Source: a bacterium (GTDB lineage: Bacteria; Sysuimicrobiota; Sysuimicrobiia; Sysuimicrobiales; Humicultoraceae). From it: 10,688 nucleotides of DNA. This document shows positions 7,350 through 10,688 of this stretch, one piece after another. The DNA lies in contig JBGQGY010000121.1 of the NCBI GenBank assembly GCA_041497675.1, positions 1-10,688 of the forward strand, written 5' to 3'. Under the pieces are notes generated by a model. That model was not told the DNA's origin, made no database searches, and was given only the letters and a program-made list of their open reading frames with translations. Positions within the stretch are counted from its first letter, which is position 1; each line of letters opens with the position of its first letter. A program made the position numbers and the translations under genes.

Positions 7350-8009
7350 ATGGAGCATCGCGTCCGCGTCAGGCGCCGTCAAGCCGGGTTTCGGCACTTC
7401 CGCTCAGTGACCATCTTTGGATGGTCCCAGTCGCAGCCCGGCGAGGAGGTCTACGAAGCCGCCCGCGACGTGGCGCGCCTCCTGGCGGGGCAGGGGCTGA
7501 CCGTTGTGTCCGGAGGTTTCGGTGGTGAGATGGAGGCCGCGGCCCGCGGGGCGAAGGAAGGGGGCGGGAAAGCGATCGGCGTGACATTTTATCCCAAGCT
7601 CGCCACGAAGTTCGAAGCCGGCAAGCAGGCATCGAGTTACCTGGATCAAGAGATTGTGACGGGCAACTACCTCGAGCGGACGCTGAAGTTGATCGCCCTT
7701 GGCGACGCGTTCATTTGCTTCAACGGCGGGACGGGGACGATCTCCGAATGGGGGATGGCCTGGGGGCTTGCGCGCATCTACTATGGGCGGCACAAGCCCC
7801 TGATCATGTACGGGACCTTCTGGAAGGACATCGTCCGGGTCATCGAGCGGAACATGCACATTCGCCCCGAGGAGAAAAAAGTGTACCGGATCGTGAGTTC
7901 TCCGAGTCAAGCCATCCGCGCCCTACTGAGCCTCGACCGAATGCACAAAGGGAGCCACCCACACTACGCGCTGCTGATGCCCGAACGCGATTTCGTGTTG
8001 CGGCGATGA
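7350..8009 (+). CDS. LOG family (SLOG superfamily) protein, putative nucleoside monophosphate phosphoribohydrolase (219 aa)
   Basis: VTIFG...YEAARDVARLLA...VVSGGFGGEMEAAARGAKEGGGKAIGVT, conserved Arg in YLER, GGxGTxxE motif as NGGTGTISE (7722-7748), and KPLIMYGTFW. Confidence 0.92.
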   Translation: MEHRVRVRRRQAGFRHFRSVTIFGWSQSQPGEEVYEAARDVARLLAGQGLTVVSGGFGGEMEAAARGAKEGGGKAIGVTFYPKLATKFEAGKQASSYLDQEIVTGNYLERTLKLIALGDAFICFNGGTGTISEWGMAWGLARIYYGRHKPLIMYGTFWKDIVRVIERNMHIRPEEKKVYRIVSSPSQAIRALLSLDRMHKGSHPHYALLMPERDFVLRR

Positions 8010-9505
8010 CCCAGGTCGTGGGTCGTGAGCCCGCGGCGTCGAGCCGGCGCGATCTGCAGGCCATCGCCCGGCGTGTCATGCTCGAGCACGGCCTCGCACC
8101 GGACTTCGAGACGCCCGTGCTCGCCGAGCTGGGCGCGATCACCGCGCCCGCCACACTCCGGACGCCGCCGGTCCGTGATCTGCGCGGGCGGCTCTGGGCG
8201 TCCATCGACAACGATGACTCGCTCGACCTCGACCAGCTCTCGGTCGCCGAACCCTTGACCGGTGGGCGCGTCAGAACGCTCGTCGCGATCGCCGACGTGG
8301 ATGCCCTGGTGCGGCAGGCGTCGGCCATCGACACGCACGCGCAGCGTAACACGACCTCGGTCTATACGCCCGCCCTCGTCTTCCCGATGCTCCCTGAGCG
8401 GCTCTCGACTGATCTGACCTCACTCGGCGAAGGACAGGACCGGCTGGCCGTCGTGGTCGAGATGATCGTCGGCTCCGACGGCGTCGTGGTGGACTCAGAT
8501 GTATATCCGGGCGTGGTGCGCAACCAGGCGAAGCTCGCCTACAACGGTGTGGGCCCGTGGCTCGCCGGTAACGGACCCATGCCCCCTCGGGTTGCGGCCG
8601 TGGCCGGGCTGGCGGATCAGCTTCGCCTGCAGGACCAGGTCGCGCAGGCGCTCAGAACGCGGCGGTCGCACCACGGCGCGCTCACGCTGCAAACCGTTCA
8701 ATCGCGGGCGGTGTTCGACGGCGATTTGCTCGCCGACCTGCGGCCGGACGAGCACAATCGCGCCGAGGCGCTCATCGAAGACCTCATGATTGCCGCGAAC
8801 GGCGTCACGGTTCGCTATCTCGAGACCCGCGGCGTTCCTGGTCTTCGCCGCATCCTGCGCGTCCCGGAGCGTTGGGATCGCATCGTGGATCTGGCCGCGA
8901 AGATCGGCGAACGCCTGCCGCCGGCGCCCGACGCGGCCGCGCTCGAGGCGTTTCTCGCTAAGCGGCAGCAGGCCGACCCACTCCGATTTCCGGACCTCTC
9001 GCTGAGCGTGATCAAGCTGCTGGGGTCGGGCGAGTACGTTGTCGATGCGCCCGGTCAGGCGGCGCAGGGACATTTCGGGCTGGCGGTTTCGGCGTACATG
9101 CATTCGACCGCCCCCAACCGGCGCTTCCCTGATCTGCTCACGCAGCGTCTCCTCAAGGCGGCGATGGCGGGGGCGCCGGTGCCTTACACCACCGACGAAC
9201 TGGCCGTGCTCGCGCGGCACTGCACCGAGCAGGAGGACAACGCGAAGAAGGTAGAGCGGCAGGTGGAGAAATCGGCCGCCGCGCTACTCCTGGCGGGTCG
9301 CATCGGCGAACGATTCGAGGGCATCATCACCGGCGCGTCGGACAAGGGCACCTGGGTCCGTGTCATCCGCCCCCCGGTCGAGGGAAGAATCGTGCGCGGG
9401 TTTCAGGGACTCGACGTCGGCGATCGGGTCGGCGTGGAGCTGGTCGGCACGGACGTCGACCGGGGGTTCATCGACTTCGCGGCGGCAGTGGACGGCCCTC
9501 GGTAG
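8006..9505 (+). CDS. RNB domain 3'-5' exoribonuclease (RNase II/RNase R family, compact form, 499 aa)
   Basis: DLR..LWASIDNDDSLDLDQ, VAIADVD, TTSVYTP..VFPMLPERLS, LIEDLMIAAN, HFGL...YMHSTAPNRRFPDLLTQRLLK, and a C-terminal S1-like region. Start reassigned from 7715 to ATG 8006, which overlaps the LOG stop (ATGA). Confidence 0.95.
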   Translation: MTQVVGREPAASSRRDLQAIARRVMLEHGLAPDFETPVLAELGAITAPATLRTPPVRDLRGRLWASIDNDDSLDLDQLSVAEPLTGGRVRTLVAIADVDALVRQASAIDTHAQRNTTSVYTPALVFPMLPERLSTDLTSLGEGQDRLAVVVEMIVGSDGVVVDSDVYPGVVRNQAKLAYNGVGPWLAGNGPMPPRVAAVAGLADQLRLQDQVAQALRTRRSHHGALTLQTVQSRAVFDGDLLADLRPDEHNRAEALIEDLMIAANGVTVRYLETRGVPGLRRILRVPERWDRIVDLAAKIGERLPPAPDAAALEAFLAKRQQADPLRFPDLSLSVIKLLGSGEYVVDAPGQAAQGHFGLAVSAYMHSTAPNRRFPDLLTQRLLKAAMAGAPVPYTTDELAVLARHCTEQEDNAKKVERQVEKSAAALLLAGRIGERFEGIITGASDKGTWVRVIRPPVEGRIVRGFQGLDVGDRVGVELVGTDVDRGFIDFAAAVDGPR

Positions 9506-10656
9506 CCCGGTTGCGGGTGCGAAGCGACGAGATCGCCGACAGTGGTGATCGCGTACCCGCGCGATCGCAGAATCTGAGTCATGTGCGGCAAGGCCCGAAG
9601 CGTATTGTCCATTCCTTGATGGAACAGCAGTATCCCTCCGTTGGACAGATGGGTCAGGGCCCTGGTCTCTAGCGCCTGCGGCTCAACATTCGTGTAGTCT
9701 GCCGAATTCGCTGTCCAGAATACCGTCACGAGGCCGAGTTCATGCACGGTTCGGAGGATTGTGGGATCGTAATCTCCGCCGGGCGGGCGAAAGTAGCGAG
9801 GCACCTGCCCTGTCACAGCGGCAATCGTGTCTTGGGCGCGAGCGATCTCCTCAAGGACTTGCGGAGGTGAAAGAAGCGTGAGATTGCGGTGGTGGAAGGT
9901 GTGATTCGCGACCTCATGCCCGGCCGACACGAAGGCCCGTGCAAAGTAGGGGTAGGATCGGACCTGCTGGCCAACCAGGCAGAACGTGGCCTTGACGCCA
10001 AGCCGCTCCAATGTGTCCAGCAGTAGGGTGGTGTACATGGGGAAGGGCCCGTCATCAAAGGTCATCGCTATGGCTTGGTGTGACAGCTCGCCGTGGTAAA
10101 TGTCGCTACCAATTCGGGGCTGCACGGACGAGATAGTGGTGGTGCCCGGAGTCGACGCCCGCGCGGTCTCAGGCAGAGACCACACCCTAGGGAACGACGC
10201 GAATCGTTCTGCCACGGGCACCGCGCCCGGCGCATGCAAGAATTCTTCGCGGGAGATCGCGGCCGAGAACACAACTTTCATGTGATTGATCTCAATCGGG
10301 TTGTCAGCGGGCTGCACGCCCGTGAGGTCGACCTCATCGAGGGATGGGACCGCCGCAAACGCGGCCTGCACCACGTCCCACACGTAGGTTTGGATCACCG
10401 GCGCGGCGTCTGAGGGAGCCTCGCTGTGGATGAACCAGAGTCCTGCGACGGTAAGGTGGCCGTTCGTATCGGCCGCGATCTTAATGAGTCGCCCCGTCAA
10501 GCCGGCAGCCTGGACGGCCTCGAGGATGCGCCATTCGGGTTCGGGCAGGATCCCAGCCAGACGCAGGCTTGTCCTCGCGTGGGCGGTGGTCGCCGACGCG
10601 GTCAGGACGGCCACCATAAGCACTACCGTGAGGGCTCGACCCGCGCGAAATGGCAC
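9403..10656 (-). CDS. Secreted polysaccharide deacetylase (NodB homology, carbohydrate esterase family 4) with uncharacterised N-terminal domain (about 417 aa)
   Basis: CE4 motifs TFDDGP, HEVANHTFHH, YFRPPGG, NSADY, GILLFH. Preferred start is GTG 10656 with GGAGG 5 nt upstream, followed by a signal peptide ending TAHA. The track start TTG 10668 is in frame and the frame stays open to the window end, so the start is not certain. Confidence 0.9.
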   Translation of the reverse strand: MPFRAGRALTVVLMVAVLTASATTAHARTSLRLAGILPEPEWRILEAVQAAGLTGRLIKIAADTNGHLTVAGLWFIHSEAPSDAAPVIQTYVWDVVQAAFAAVPSLDEVDLTGVQPADNPIEINHMKVVFSAAISREEFLHAPGAVPVAERFASFPRVWSLPETARASTPGTTTISSVQPRIGSDIYHGELSHQAIAMTFDDGPFPMYTTLLLDTLERLGVKATFCLVGQQVRSYPYFARAFVSAGHEVANHTFHHRNLTLLSPPQVLEEIARAQDTIAAVTGQVPRYFRPPGGDYDPTILRTVHELGLVTVFWTANSADYTNVEPQALETRALTHLSNGGILLFHQGMDNTLRALPHMTQILRSRGYAITTVGDLVASHPQPGYRGPSTAAAKSMNPRSTSVPTSSTPTRSPTSSP

Positions 10657-10688
10657 CGCCGCCTCCAAGCGTTCCCCGACCCGATCCC

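Noticed and set aside
7715..8005. 97-aa N-terminal extension of the RNB ORF, considered as a possible frameshift fusion with LOG
   Set aside because: Reads as alternative-frame sequence of the LOG gene, which is intact to its own stop. The A-run near 7875-7880 encodes Lys-Lys and nothing else supports programmed frameshifting.
8495..9220. 241-aa minus-strand ORF inside the RNase gene
   Set aside because: Antisense shadow ORF with no motifs or RBS.
7350..9505. Interpreting the SLOG + nuclease pair as an anti-phage or conflict system
   Set aside because: The SLOG protein looks like a stand-alone classical LOG with no TIR, Sir2 or TM effector fusion, and there are no defence-island or mobility genes in the window.
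1..10688. CRISPR arrays, tRNA/rRNA, IS elements, tandem repeats
   Set aside because: None seen. The window is almost fully coding, with only two intergenic gaps of note (145 nt and 82 nt).

Overview
GC-rich, densely coding bacterial window with 11 credible CDSs. I see no RNA genes, CRISPR arrays, mobile elements or long repeats. Left part (1-7267): a minus-strand PotABCD/YnjB-like ABC importer (binding protein, two permeases, ATPase cut by the window edge), a divergent plus-strand xylose-isomerase-like TIM-barrel gene, and a minus-strand translationally coupled trio of two Gfo/Idh/MocA oxidoreductases and a second TIM-barrel enzyme. Together these look like an uncharacterised sugar, glycoside or cyclitol uptake and redox-conversion cluster. 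Right part (7350-10688): an apparently leaderless LOG-family nucleotide phosphoribohydrolase coupled by an ATGA overlap to a compact RNB (RNase II/R family) exoribonuclease, which converges on and overlaps by 103 nt a secreted NodB-type polysaccharide deacetylase with an unrecognised N-terminal domain. The two best leads are a candidate 2-dehydrogenase + 2-TIM-barrel oxidation/elimination/hydration/reduction pathway fed by an atypical ABC transporter, and a candidate LOG-RNB RNA-recycling module. All functional calls come from reading motifs by eye; no searches were run.
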